Positions 24,901 to 37,665 of a stretch of DNA of 64,000 nucleotides are shown one piece after another. Position 1 is the first letter of the stretch, and each line of letters begins with the position of its first letter. Made by a program: the position numbers and the translations under genes. Origin of the DNA: Octopus vulgaris (taxonomy: Eukaryota); the NCBI GenBank assembly GCA_951406725.2, contig OX597840.1, positions 21,638,001 through 21,702,000 on the forward strand, in the 5' to 3' direction. Below the pieces are notes generated by a model. It saw only the letters and a program-made list of their open reading frames with translations. It did no database searches and had not been told where the DNA came from.

Positions 24901-27454
24901 CGATGCTCCCCGACTACTTCTGCTCATGATCAGAGATGCACATATCATCAGCCACCAAGGGACATGCTCAACTGGTTAAGGTCAAACAACTGACAAGCAA
25001 ATGTGTGGTATTGAGCAGAATATTTGCTGTAGCCCATCTTTTATACCAAGACAAAACACTGTACATGATAACACTTCCAATCAGTTAAGATCAGAAGCCA
25101 TGAGAGCCACTGCCTAGTACTGCATCAGGGCATTTATTATTATTATTATTTTATGTTTGACTTTTGCTTTGTATTTGTACAAGTTGGTTCCAAGTCTCAC
25201 CCAGAGACCTCAGGAGACAACAAGTTAGAAGTTCATGTTGGTGTTATGCCTAGGGTACCATATATTTGGTTTTGTACATAGTGTTGTTCTAGAGAATGTT
25301 TAAGAAAACAAGAAAATTACGAGTTTGTTTTAAAATTTGAGATTACAAAGACAATATTTTCCATAGGATTTGGGCAGTTCCCATGAGCACTATCTTTTGA
25401 TATTATTATTAAGGTGGTGAGCTGGCAGAAGTATTAGCATGCAAGGCGAGATGCTTAGCGGCATTTCATCTGTGTCTATGTCTGAGTTCAAATTCTGCTG
25501 AGGTCAAATTTGCTTTTCATGATGATGATGATGATGATGCTGTTGCTGTTGTTGTTGTACTCATGATTTGTCTTCTCTTTCAAGTTTACCCAGGGTTGTC
25601 TCCTCTTGACGGGAACCGTTGGATTCAAGATTCTGATTGGAAAAGTCTTAAAAATAGCTGATGATGTAAGTCGTTTCGCTTAATCTACTCTTTCCTCTTT
25701 CTTTTCTCAGATTCTGACTGCTTATCTCTCTGTCCCCCCTCTCTTCCTTTCTTCCTCTCTTTCTCTCTTCCTCTCCTTCACATCCTTTCCTCTTCCTCTC
25801 TCTGTCATGTTAGATGAAGTGTTCTTACAAACCGACACACTTGAATGCCTTTTGGTCATAGGTCTGCACAACCAACATTAACTTACAAACCCACAGACCA
25901 GAATACTTTCTTGCCACAGGTTTTCTCAACCAATTTTAACTTGAGACTAAACAACAACACCTACTCCCCCACCTCACATTATTTTCTCTCATACACCATT
26001 AATATTCATGGTTTTTTGTATTTTCCAGGCTCACATTGGAGATTTACTTTTAACAAAATTCACCAACTTCAAGAATTTTCACACAATGTTGTATACATGT
26101 GCTGTGGAGTTTGACTTCATGGAGGCCGAAGTGAGTGGCTGCTGTTTTCTTACTTCTTATTGTCTCTTGTAAGGGCAGCAACCTGGCAGAATTGTCAACA
26201 TGCTTAGTGATATTTCTTTTGGCTTTACGTTCTGATTTTAAACATCACCAAGGTGGACTTAGCCTTCCTTCATAATTACCAGCTGAGCAGCAGTATGGTC
26301 AGTGGAAATGGCTAAACCACTCCCCACAAATTTCAGGCCTTGTGTCCAGTGTAGGAAGAATTACTGTCTCTTGTTCTTGTTGTTGTTGCTACACTGGTGC
26401 CACCGTCAAATGCATCATAAAAACTAAAAAGCATTTAATCCTTTAGCACTTAAACCAGTTATATCTGGCCAAAGTATTCTACTGACCTCTCACACATACC
26501 CTACAATGTCATTCTAAAAATAAACAATCACATCACTGAACTCTTGAAGCTAAAAGAGAATGCATGATTAATTCAAAACATTTGACAGAGTAATGATCTG
26601 AATGCTAAAGGATTAAAGCCTTTGTGGTGAGTTTTTTTCCTGTTTTATTGCTTAGTCAGAGGACAAAATCATTGCCTACAACCTTTCCCAGAGCCTCAAA
26701 AACTTGGGGCAAGAAGGAAGAAGAAACTGCAACTTTTAGGTTGTTTTGGTAAAGAGCAGCGCATTGAAATATTGAAGACAGCATCGCCTTACTGGCACCT
26801 GTGCCAGTGGCACTTGTAAAAGATTCAAGCGAGGTCGCTGCCAGTACCACCTTACTGGCCCTCGTGCCAGTGGCACATAAAAGCACCCACTACACTCTCT
26901 GAGTGGTTGGTATTAGGAAGGGCATCCAGTTGTAGAAACTCTGCCAGATCAGATTGAAGTCTGGTTCGCCAGACCTCAATCAAATCATCCAACCCATGCC
27001 AGCATGGAAAACGGATCTTAAATGATGATGAGGATGAAGTACATGATGCCAGCATTTAAAAGAGCAAGGTTTTTGGTCTGAAGTCTCGGCTCCTTTATTA
27101 TTAGGTCATGTGATGTTTAATAAGTCCTGCAAATGGATGCTTTAACGAATCCCATGACCAACATGGCTTAATTATTTCTGTAGCTGAAAGTCTTGTTTGC
27201 GATGTGTATTTGATAACTGTAATTAATTTTTACTGCATCTTTTGTTCCCAGACTCCAATACGTGTTTTAAAAACTCTTCTGGCTCCAGGAGTGCTTGTTT
27301 CCGTCCTTGCAATAATCATTTTAGTAAGTACCTCTTTGTCTATTTATTGATATCTCTCTCTCTATTTCTCCATATCTATCCATCTGTCCTTATTTCTATT
27401 TATCTACCTCATTTTCTGCATGTCTATTTATATATCCATCCATCTATCTATCTA

Positions 27455-27502
<48 letters not shown>

Positions 27503-27542
27503 CCTGTCTGTCTATCTATCTACCTATCTATTTATCTATCTA

Positions 27543-27600
<58 letters not shown>

Positions 27601-30600
27601 CTATCTGTCTATCCTATCCGTCCATCTATCTATCTATCTGTCTGTCTGTCCATTATTCTGTCTGTCTGTCTGTCCATTATTCTCTTTGTCTATTTATTTC
27701 TTGACATGCAGCCTTATTCACCTGTCCGTCTGTCTGTTTATTTATTCATCCTTCTTTCAGTCTGTCCATCTGTCTATCTTTCTTTCTCTGTCTCTTTGTC
27801 CATCTCACTGTCTCTCTTGCTTTCTTTCCTCTTTTCTCTCTCTCTATACGACTGAAGCATAGATGCTGCGTTTCATGGTGTGTAAATATTGACAATGCTC
27901 TTCAGAGAGCGAAGAAGATTTTGAAACCTTATTGAAGTTCTTGAAGACTTACTAATGAGATGACTGCTGTTGTTGTTGTTGTTTTGCCCTGATTGTGCAA
28001 ACATGAGGCTTTTAACCCTTTCATTATTGTATTAATTTTGAGATGCTCTGTGTTTCTTTCAATTACTTTAAATATAACAAAGAATTTACTAAAATAACTC
28101 AGTTATCATCATTAAGCTAGTGTTAGGAACAGTGAGGGCCGTGGCTAGTGGTTAGGGCATTCGGCTCATGATCGTAAGGTTGTGGTTCGATTCCGCGCGC
28201 GTTGTGTCCTTGAGCAAGACACTTTATTTCACGTTGCTCCAGTCACTCAGCTGGCAAAAATGAGTTGTACTTGTATTTCGGTCAGCCTTGTCACTCTCTG
28301 TGTCACGCTGATTATCCCGAGAACTACGAAGGGTACACGTGTCTGTGGAATGCTCAGCCATTTGCACGTTAATTTCACGAGCAAGCTGTTCCGTTGATAG
28401 TATCAGCTGGGACCTGCGTCGTAACCGGCGGAGTCTTTTTAAGAGTGTTAGGAACATAAATTGCGACTAAAGTTTGGTGGAAGGTTTAACTTATGAAACA
28501 AAACATTTGTACTCAAAGCCAGAGCCGGTTTCAGCCGGGTTGGTAATGAAAGGGTAAAGATGTTCCTGCCAGGCCCAAAGTGCACACATGCCCATGTTAT
28601 CTAAAATGTCCTACTTTACTAAGATGGTACAGTGTTATTTGAGGAAATTTGGTTGCTATTTCTAGCAGGTCATGTCTAGAGACCACATAAAGCAGGCATG
28701 GATAACGTTTTTTAGAGAAGTGGGCTGCATGAGTTGATGATGAGGCACCATTAATAAATTCAGGCTAATTTTTCATTAGGTCTGCCATTTAGAAAGGTCC
28801 CCATGCTGCAGCTTGTCCATGACTGATATAGAGGCTTCTTTGTTGGGTAGTGATGACTGATGACTGATGACTGATTTATGTGCAAGGTTGTTGTGTTGCA
28901 GATCTATCCAACCCATGTTAATATGGCTAAATAGCCACTACGCTGTTGTTGTTGTTATTGTTGTCGTTTCTGTTGAAAACAAAACATTTGTACTCAAAGC
29001 CAGAGCCGGTTTCAGCCGGGTTGGTAATGAAAGGGTTAAAGATGTTCCTGCCAGGCCCAAAGTGCACACATGCCCATGTTATCTAAAATGTCCTACTTTA
29101 CTAAGATGGTACAGTTGTCTTTTCTGTGAAACGTTGCAGGTTGTTTATCAGGAATGGTTGTCCTGGAAGAGGAAAAAGTCTGCAAAAGGGAAATCTGATG
29201 ATATACGGTAAGTAATCCCAGCTGAGAAGCAGGGACATAGCTAGGGTCTGTGTGCAGCCCTGGGGGTTACGACAATGGGGATTCTAGTTGACTCAATCAA
29301 CAGGAACAGCCTACTCAGGAAAGGGTACTCCACAGACATGTGGTACCCTGAATGTAGTTCTCAGGGAGATTCAGTGACCCTTTGGATTACAGGTACTCAT
29401 TTTCGCCATCTGAGTGGATGGTAGCAATGTGAAGTAAAGTGTCTTGCTCAAGGACTTAATGCTCTGCCAGGTATTGAACTCATGACCTTTTGTTCATAAG
29501 CTGAATACTGTAACCGCAAAACCACATGCCTTCACTGTCCTTGTATATTCTGAGTTCAAACCCTAGCATGGCCTGCGTTTCCTTTCCTCGCTTCAGGGTC
29601 AAAAAAAGTAAAAACTAATCAAGTATTGGTGTGTGGCAGCCTCGGTATTGGTATTGGTATTGTTGTGGCAGCGTTTCATCTGTTTCTACATTCTGAGTTC
29701 AAATGCTGCCAGGGTCAACTTTGCCTTTCATACTTTCGGGGGTCAATAAAATAAAGACCAGTTGAGGGGGAGGGTTGATGTAATTGACTTATCTCCTTCC
29801 CAGAATTGCTGGCCTTGTGCCAAAATTTGAAATCAATTAGTGTTGTTGTTGTTGTTCTTTATAATGTGTTTGATCTGTTTGCTATGTTTTATAAAATTTC
29901 AATGTTTTAAACATTTTTTTCTCTCTGTTTTTCCTGTTTTCCTGAAATATTTCCAGAGAAGATAAAAGCAAACCATATGCTGAGGTAAGTAACTCCTGCA
30001 TTTATTTACATGTTGTTAGTTTTTCTGATTCTGCTACAACTACTGCTGCTAGCACCATCACCACTACACTACCACCTCTACAATCACTACCACCTCTACC
30101 ACAACGATCACTACCATCACCACCACTGCATTGAGAGGTCACAGCTCTGACGCTAAGGACATGTGGACAGAATGGAATCGCAAGTCCAATTCTTCAAGCT
30201 GAGCCGACCGACAGCAGGCCTAGGGGTAGACCAAGGGCGAGATGGTTGGATAATGTCCATAATCTCTGGTGGGAACGGTTACTTATGATAGGACCCTAGG
30301 GATTATGTGCCTGAGAACTCTATCCATACAATCTTACCAGGTATTGTGGATAGAGAAGATGGATGGACAGAAATAAGATCATTCCCCACACACACAAACA
30401 CACACACTACTGTAGTTATCACCCTTATTGGGGAATTTTTACATTTATATAATGCTCAGAAGTAATTTTTCCTGTTACGATTATAAACCAAACACCTGAA
30501 CCACTAAACAAACCCCGTCCCCCCCTATTATTTTAGTGGTGTTGATACTCGTTATGATGGAAGTTGGTAATTTTAAGTAAAATACACCAACGCACACTGA

Positions 30601-31017
30601 ACAGAAAATTAATAGAAGAAAATGCAAAAGGGACTGGAAAGATTATTCTAGGGCATGGATACATTGAAACTCCGACGTCTGGCAGCTGACTTGGCAGACA
30701 CCCATAAAATTATCAACCATCGTACAAACAATAACTCTGAGCACCTTTTCAAACTCCACCCGTCTAACACCCGTGGACATGTTTACAAAGTAAGAAAACA
30801 GCACAGCTCCTTCCATGACTTCAGGAAACATTTTTTCACGCTAAGAGTTGCTGAAGCATGGAACAAACTGCCGACATCAGTTGTTAGTTGTCGGAGCACT
30901 GCATCCTTCAAAACTTCCATGCTTCCTGAGATTCGCCAACATAACACCTGTACTGCATGTACTTTATATGCACTTTCTGACAAGTTGTGGTGCACCTGAG
31001 CACTGTATACAATAATT

Positions 31018-31059
<42 letters not shown>

Positions 31060-34000
31060 TAGCAACGGATCAGTTCAGTTTGGTTATGAGCCAAACTGAA
31101 CTGATCGCTCGTAACTTTTAAATGATTCGATAAAAGCGTAATTATTTCTTTCTGTAAAATAATTCATTGTTGCTAAAATCTGAAATTGTCTTGTTTATGG
31201 TTTCTGGGGTTAACAAGAAGTCTTCAAACACAAAACAAAACGTAAAGGTTTCTTTCTACTATCGCGGCGCAACGCCTGAACATTTGAGGGAGGCGGCTGG
31301 ACGATCAAATCGACTCCTGTGCTCAACTGGTACATATTTTACCGATTCCGAAAGGATGAAAGGCAGGGTCAACCTCGGTCGAATTTGAACTTAGACGGTA
31401 AAGAGCCGCAAGAAGTGCCACTAAGCCTTTTGTCCGTCATGCTTACGATTCAGCCAAGCCCACCACTTTGGAATTCAAATAAAAAGAGAGTTGTTTCCCC
31501 TTGTCTATAAAAATTAATGGAATGTTTTAAACCTTTCGATGCTGGGAGCAGGTTTTAATCATGGCACGAACAGATTTTTTTATGCCCAACTAATTGTTTT
31601 AGAGTTAAATTATTTGCCAGTGACCCTTTCAAAGACTTCAGCACTGTGTTAGGGCCGTTAATTCATTGTAAACTCTGTTATTAAATATATTAACCCTTTT
31701 TCGGGCGGTGAGCTGGCAGGATCGTTAGCACACCAGGAAAAAGGTTTAGGGGTCTTTGTTCTGAGTTTAGATTTCGCCGAGGTCGATTTTGCTTGTCATC
31801 CTTTCGGGGTGGGGCGGAGAAGCAGCTTTATGCTCGAAGATAAGGGGTTAAGGAGTGTTTCTTAACCAGGGTCCATATGGCCATTGTGGAGTGCATATAA
31901 GATTTTATTAAAATTTATGTGAAATAAACTGGTTCTACTGCTACAATACACAAAAGGTTTTAACAGATTTATATACAATTCCTTTTAATATTTAATCATA
32001 GAAATATGATACGTATTTTTAAGTCTTGAATGGCTCTGAGCCGACACCACCCCACCTGAGGACAATAGGAATCAAAAGGGTCGACAGGCAGAAAATGGTT
32101 GAGAACCACTATGTTAAAATATGAGAGAAAGGAGCTGAGTCGGATTTTCTTGAGGAACTACATCACGTAAGGGGTGAGAATGGTCAGTAGGAGCTGCCTT
32201 TAGTGGTAATGAGGTGTCCGGGTGGCTCCCTCGAGGTACAAGGAAGGTAGAAGTGGGTGGGAGGAGAGGAACTAGGAGAGAAGTTCACAAGAGTTTAAGG
32301 AGAAGCAAGAGATGGGAGACTGGGAGTAAGAATGGTCGGGAACAACCGTAAAGGTTGGGCGGGGATGAAGCAAGGTGGATGTAGGAAATTGTGGATTAAG
32401 GGTGGGGATGACGTGTGGCAGTTGAGTTGTGGGTGGGGGGAACAGTTTTAGTTACTGCTATTTGCTCTGAACTTTCTGAAAATCCCAAACATGTCAGAAA
32501 GCAATTTTCCTCTTCCAGTCGTCTCAATGCTTAATAATTTGGTTTCCCTGTTTCTTCTTCTTCTTCTTCTTCTCCCATCAGTTGGTCTACCATATTTTCC
32601 AGCTTTTAGCATTTACAGCCATGGCTGTACTGATAATGAGGTTGAAGCTTTTCTGGACACCACACCTGTGTCTTATGACTTCACTGTTAGCCTACAGACA
32701 GGTAAAGCCCTTGTTTTTTTGCTTTTTTCTTTGTTTTTCTCCACTGACACACAGATGAGGTGAGGTGCTGTCTCACTACATCACCAAACTGTAATTTCAA
32801 TCCTGTTTACTTACAGACAGGTAGATTACTGTCATTTGATCTGAACTCACCTGTGGTGCTGCCGCCACATGATCCACAGACACCTGAGACATTCCCACAT
32901 AGCTCAAAGACACCATCAGGGATCAGCTTGCTTGTTTGCTTCATGCTCTGGCTTGATGGAGCTGGGGTCATCCCAAGTCAGTGGTCTCAGAGGCGGCAGT
33001 GTGCGTAGAGCCGACCATAGAGCTGATGAGGAGCACCGGTGGTCCTGACTGACCCTACGCATGAAAAATGATGAATCAACAGACTACTAAATTAATGTTG
33101 CTGACAATGAAAGACTTACCGACATCTGAGGAACTGTCATGTGACCCACAGCACTTTAAGTGTTGTGACGTGACTGTCTGACATCTGAGGTACCATCGGG
33201 TGATCCACGCATTCCTTAAGTATTGTTATATGGTCCACAGATATCTGAGGTACCATTTTGTGATTCTGAAGTAACTGAAATACTGTTATAGCCTCAGGAT
33301 ACCTGTTTTACTCTCTGGTGACCCGAGGGGCTGTCTTTTGACCCACAGTTACGAATCATCTTCTTGTGAACTATAAGTTATCTCAGGTACTGTTTTGTGA
33401 CAAACAGGTAACTCAGCTATTGTTTTGAGCATACAGGCATTTGAAACACTGTTTTGGGGCCTGTAGCTGTCTGATGTACTCTGTTGTGACGTACAGTTAC
33501 CTGAGGTACTGTACTGTGATTGACAATTATCTTACTGTTTTGTGCCATTCAAATTTCTGAAACTACCCAAGGTACCTTCTTGCCTTCTGGTCATGTGATC
33601 TAAAGTTAGTTGAGGTCCCACCTTAAAAATATGAAAATATTTTGTGTTAGATGAAACATCCCAGAACTTTAACGAACTTCATTATAACTTTTTTATGACC
33701 CCTGTTTTAGCTGTTTGGATGGGTTGGCAACAAAGAACGTCATTTTGCTCTGCTGGCCCTCTACTTAGCTGGAACAATGTATCAGGGTTACAAGAATATC
33801 AGTCATCAGCTTAGCATTGTCGGTGAATTCAGCAACGTCCCCCTGGAGCAACTGGTCGAATGGATTGTGTACAACACTGATAAGAGTAAGTCTCTCTCTC
33901 TCTCTCTCACTCTCTCTCTCTTGCATTGTTCAAAGTGTCCCTCACTTCTCTCTCTCTTTCCTGTTCTGTCTCTTCTTCTCTCTACTCAAATCCCATAAGT

Positions 34001-36424
34001 TAACTCCTTTCTCTCAGTCTGTGTTTGTATGGAGGACTTTAACCAAATTTCTCTGCTTCCTCTCACAGATGCTGTATTTGCTGGTGCCATGCCAACAATG
34101 GCAACGGTAAAGCTTTGCACAAAGAGACCCATAGTGAATCATCCACATTATGAAGATGTTGGTCTAAGGTAAGTGGAGAGTCTGTTCCATTACGAGTCTG
34201 TTCTGCACGTGTGTTCCAGTAGTCATGTTCAACACTATCCGATCCATCATCATCTTTACTTAACATCCATGTTTCCATGCTGGCATGGATCGGATGCTTT
34301 GACAAGAGCTGTTCAGACTCTGATTGCGTGTTGTGGTCTGGCTTCTGTGGTTGGATGCCCTTCCTTTACAGAATGTGCCGGGTGCTTTTTACGTGCCTCC
34401 AGCAGGAGGGGGGGGTGTTTATGCAGCACCGACATGAGTGCATTTTATGTGGAAGCATCTCCTGCGAAGGACAGAAATCTTACTTAGCTTGACCTATCTT
34501 CTCAAGTACAGCAAAATCACCACAACTCCTGGTCCCTTATTATTTTGTCAATGAAGCCCAGCATTAGAAGATCGTTTCTCACCACTTCATCCCACATCTT
34601 CTTGGGTCTACCCTTGCCACAAGTTCCCTCCTGAAGAGCACCCAAGCTGGTGACATATAAGAGGCACCCACGACTGTCCTGGAGTGGTTGGCATTAGGAA
34701 GCATATCAAGCCATAGAAACCAAGCTAAAATCAGACTGAAGTCTGGTCCAGCCCCTCAGCTAAGCAGCCCTGGTCAAACCATCCAACCCATGACAGCATG
34801 GACAATGGATGTTAAATGATGATGATGATGATGTCCAGGTGACAAAAGCAAACTTCGAAGAGAATAGTAAGGGTTGAAGTCATTTCCTTTGATTTCTAAA
34901 TGGAAGCAAATAGGAAATGGCACTTTCTGACCAAAAATAAAAATTCTAATTTTATTCCATGGTTTTATATTCAAATGTCTTTGATTGGTTTTATATCTTC
35001 CATTATCTCATCATTGCATGTTGTGCACTGTTTTTTTTGCAGGGAACGGACAATGAAAGTTTATTCAATGTACAGTCGGAAACCGGTGAAGGATGTGAAA
35101 AAGAACCTGGTTGATTTACATGTGGACTATGCTATCTTGGAGGGGTCATGGTGCCGGAAACGGCCAAGGTAGGACATTCTTCTCATTCACTCCAACTATA
35201 GACAACAATAACAATTACAACAAAATTATACATCAAAGTATTAAGGCAGTGAGAATGTGTATGGAGACAGACAGACGGACAGAGAGTGAGAAATGATCCC
35301 GTCCAAAGTTATTTTTCATTTATCAAACACACCTTCCCCTTCTATTAATCCTTTAATCCTTTGGCATCCAGATTCCTCTGTCAAATGTAAGGCTTAATTA
35401 TTCATATTTTATAAAATTAATCCTGCATGGTCTTGCAGCTTTGAGATTTTGAAGATGTGATTGTTTATTTTTAGAATGACATTGTAGGGTAGGTGTGAAA
35501 GGCCAGATCTGGCCAGTTTGAGCATAAAACAGCTAAGTATTTGGACTGGATATTGCTGGGTTAACTGCAACTATGCATAACCAAATGCTGAACAGACGAG
35601 GATATTAAAGGACTCCCTCAACCCGGGGTACATCCTTAACCCCAGGACAGAAGTCTTTGGACCCTGCTTGCACTTTGGGAAATTCCTGGTGGCATCCTGG
35701 GACACGCTAACAGGGTCAATTACGAATAGCTGTCAAAGGGAGACAATCCTTTGTTGTTAAAAGAGTAATGAAGTCTTTTCCTCCTCCAGTTTCAGAGAGT
35801 ATGAAGAAACGCTGTAAAGTTAAGTGCTTTATGCAGGTGAAACCCAGGGTGACCCCCATAGACCAGCCACAACCATCTTTATCTAATTACTCTTACTGCT
35901 CCAGAACTTAGAGTTTACTTCTCTTTTGGATCTATGGTTTACTGGCGATATATATATTGCCATCAAATTTGCCATCAAGATGTAGGACAAGATACTGTGA
36001 TAGCCTGGGCTTCCGAGGCCCACAGCTCTTCAATATCCCCCCGAAGAACCTGAGGGACCTGCATGGGGTGGATGCGGATGTCTTTAAAGTAGGACTGGAT
36101 CTCTTCCTGTCAGGTGTCCCGGATGAACCAACTTCACGGCAGGAGGTGCAGATGAGGGCAGCTGCATCGAACTCTCTCATGCACCAAATGGCAATTGCTA
36201 AAAAGCATTCATGAGGTAAAATCATGTAGCAACAGCGAATGGCGGTGCCCCAGCATGGCCACAGCTCGTGAGCTGAAACTAGATAAAATAAAATAATATA
36301 TAAAATACTTAAGCTACAATATATGGATTCAAGTATTCCAATAGTAATTATAAAAAAAGCTCCGTAATGTATTAGAATTTTCTTGTTTAATAAAATTTCA
36401 TCAAACTATTCCTGTCGTTTATGA

Positions 36425-36464
<40 letters not shown>

Positions 36465-37115
36465 AAATAAGCAACAAGGATATTGAGAGGTAATGCAGTA
36501 CGATCGTTTCATGCAACTCCATTTAATTGAACAATGCAATCATTACATCAATTTAAAATGCAGAGCAATCCTCAGCTGCACAAAGACATAGAATTTAATT
36601 AAATTTGAACAGATAGACACATTAGTATAATTATACCTAAAATCTCCAAGAAGTTAAGGAGATAGATAAAGAACATGCTTTTCTTACCCCAGCATAGAAG
36701 TTACTCATAGTGAAGAATATAAATATATATAATGTACTGTTCTGTGATGGGAAGATCAACAAAACAAAGTATTGTATCTGGTGAGAGCTGAATATTATTT
36801 AATAGACACAATACATGGTTTTATGTGCTACTAATAGTTTCATATGTTGAGAAACACCTCAAACACACTCATCAGGCACAAACCACATATCATAATACAC
36901 ACACACCACTTTTTGTTCTTGTTTTCAACTATAACCATTTTATTTTCCTTCTGTTCTCTTCCAGAGAGGGTTGTGCCATGCCAGAGATCTGGGATTTGAG
37001 TGACAAAGTGAACCAAAACAAGAAACCAGTTTGTTTGACGCTAAATGAGAATGCCGAACCCTACTTCAAGACGGTCTATCGAAATGAAGTTTACACAGTG
37101 TTGAAAGTGCAATGA
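9222..37115 (+). CDS. DPY19L1: DPY19-like C-mannosyltransferase (DPY19L1-like), 5'-partial, 21 coding exons
   Basis: GT-AG exons with consistent phases: 9222-9246, 12454-12541, 13245-13382, 14198-14318, 15681-15774, 17148-17205, 18165-18256, 19873-19945, 21048-21152, 21922-22008, 24399-24455, 25585-25665, 26029-26130, 27252-27323, 29140-29207, 29957-29984, 32582-32701, 33711-33885, 34069-34168, 35043-35168, 36965-37115 (TGA). The translation has DPY19 motifs [84 protein letters not shown] and [11 protein letters not shown]. The start exon was not found in the window. Confidence 0.93.
11525..11948 (-). mobile_element. tRNA-derived SINE, family A (near full length)
   Basis: Near-identical reverse complement of 48553-48950. 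Confidence 0.85.
15910..16140 (-). mobile_element. RTE-type LINE endonuclease fragment
   Basis: Translation [12 protein letters not shown]...[12 protein letters not shown] matches the GDFN motif of APE-like endonucleases of RTE LINEs. Confidence 0.7.
19530..19758. mobile_element. MITE with TTAA-CCCTTTCGTT termini (piggyBac-like)
   Basis: TTAACCCTTTCGTT...AACGAAAGGGTTAA terminal inverted repeats. A related copy at about 28012-28556 is interrupted by a SINE. Confidence 0.7.
21380..21632 (-). mobile_element. CR1/L2-clade LINE 3' fragment
   Basis: TRGHAYKV...[17 protein letters not shown], the same family as 30640-31058. Confidence 0.8.
24577..25135. mobile_element. Unclassified interspersed repeat (copy also at about 56285-56735, fragment at about 1465-1515)
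   Basis: High identity between 24577-25030 and 56285-56735, both flanked by (ATT)n. Confidence 0.75.
27430..27675. repeat. (TCTG/TCTA)n tetranucleotide microsatellite
   Basis: Direct reading of the sequence. Confidence 0.9.
30640..31058 (+). mobile_element. CR1/L2-clade LINE 3' end with (ATT)n tail
   Basis: [16 protein letters not shown]...TRGHVYKV...[14 protein letters not shown] is typical of the CR1-group ORF2 C-terminus and is followed by (ATT)n. Confidence 0.8.
33115..33620. repeat. Degenerate minisatellite, unit about 29-30 bp
   Basis: Recurring CTGAGGTACTG...TTGTGAC(C)CACAG-like units. Confidence 0.7.
35930..36295 (+). mobile_element. LINE ORF2 3' fragment (L2/CR1-related)
   Basis: [20 protein letters not shown]...[16 protein letters not shown], ending in the GTGCCCCAGCATGGCC...TGAAAC tail shared with SINE family A. 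Confidence 0.65.
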
Positions 37116-37437
37116 CACCCCCTCCACCATCCCTCATCCCCCAACACACACACACTAATGAATCTGTCTGAGTTTGAACCTTAAACATGGGTGGTTAGGA
37201 AATAAAAAAACATTCCTGTGGAGAGAAGACCCTCCCCCTTGCCCCTCTCCCCTGCCGTTTTCTCTTCGTTTTTTTTTACTGTTGATTTTCTCTTTAGATT
37301 TAAAACAGAATGGAGAGTCTGTTCTCATCAGAATTTCATTACTAAATGCATTTCAACAACATACTTTTATAAATATCATCATATAAACACACACACACAC
37401 ACACGTGTTGATGTTTATGTTACCATACATATTCATA

Positions 37438-37485
<48 letters not shown>

Positions 37486-37659
37486 TATATGCTATGGTAT
37501 ATGTATGCGTGTGTATGTATTTATATGTATGTGTATGTGTAAATATATATATAAATATATATACATACATACATGTGTGTGTGTGTATATTTGTATATAT
37601 ATATATATTTATACACATATACATGATTTCCATTAAGCATTTAATGTAAGGTATATTTG

Positions 37660-37665
37660 AATAAA
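37660..37665 (+). promoter_or_regulatory. Candidate polyadenylation signal of the DPY19L1-like gene
   Basis: AATAAA about 545 nt after the stop codon, followed by GT/T-rich sequence. Another AATAAA lies at 37201. Confidence 0.4.

Noticed and set aside
27242-27862. 206-aa ORF
   Set aside because: Mostly (TCTG/TCTA)n microsatellite; the real exon here (27252-27323) is in another frame
28692-28826. Fold-back CAGGCATGGATAA/TTGTCCATGACTG as a structured RNA module
   Set aside because: The termini look like hAT-type MITE inverted repeats, so a DNA transposon explains it more simply
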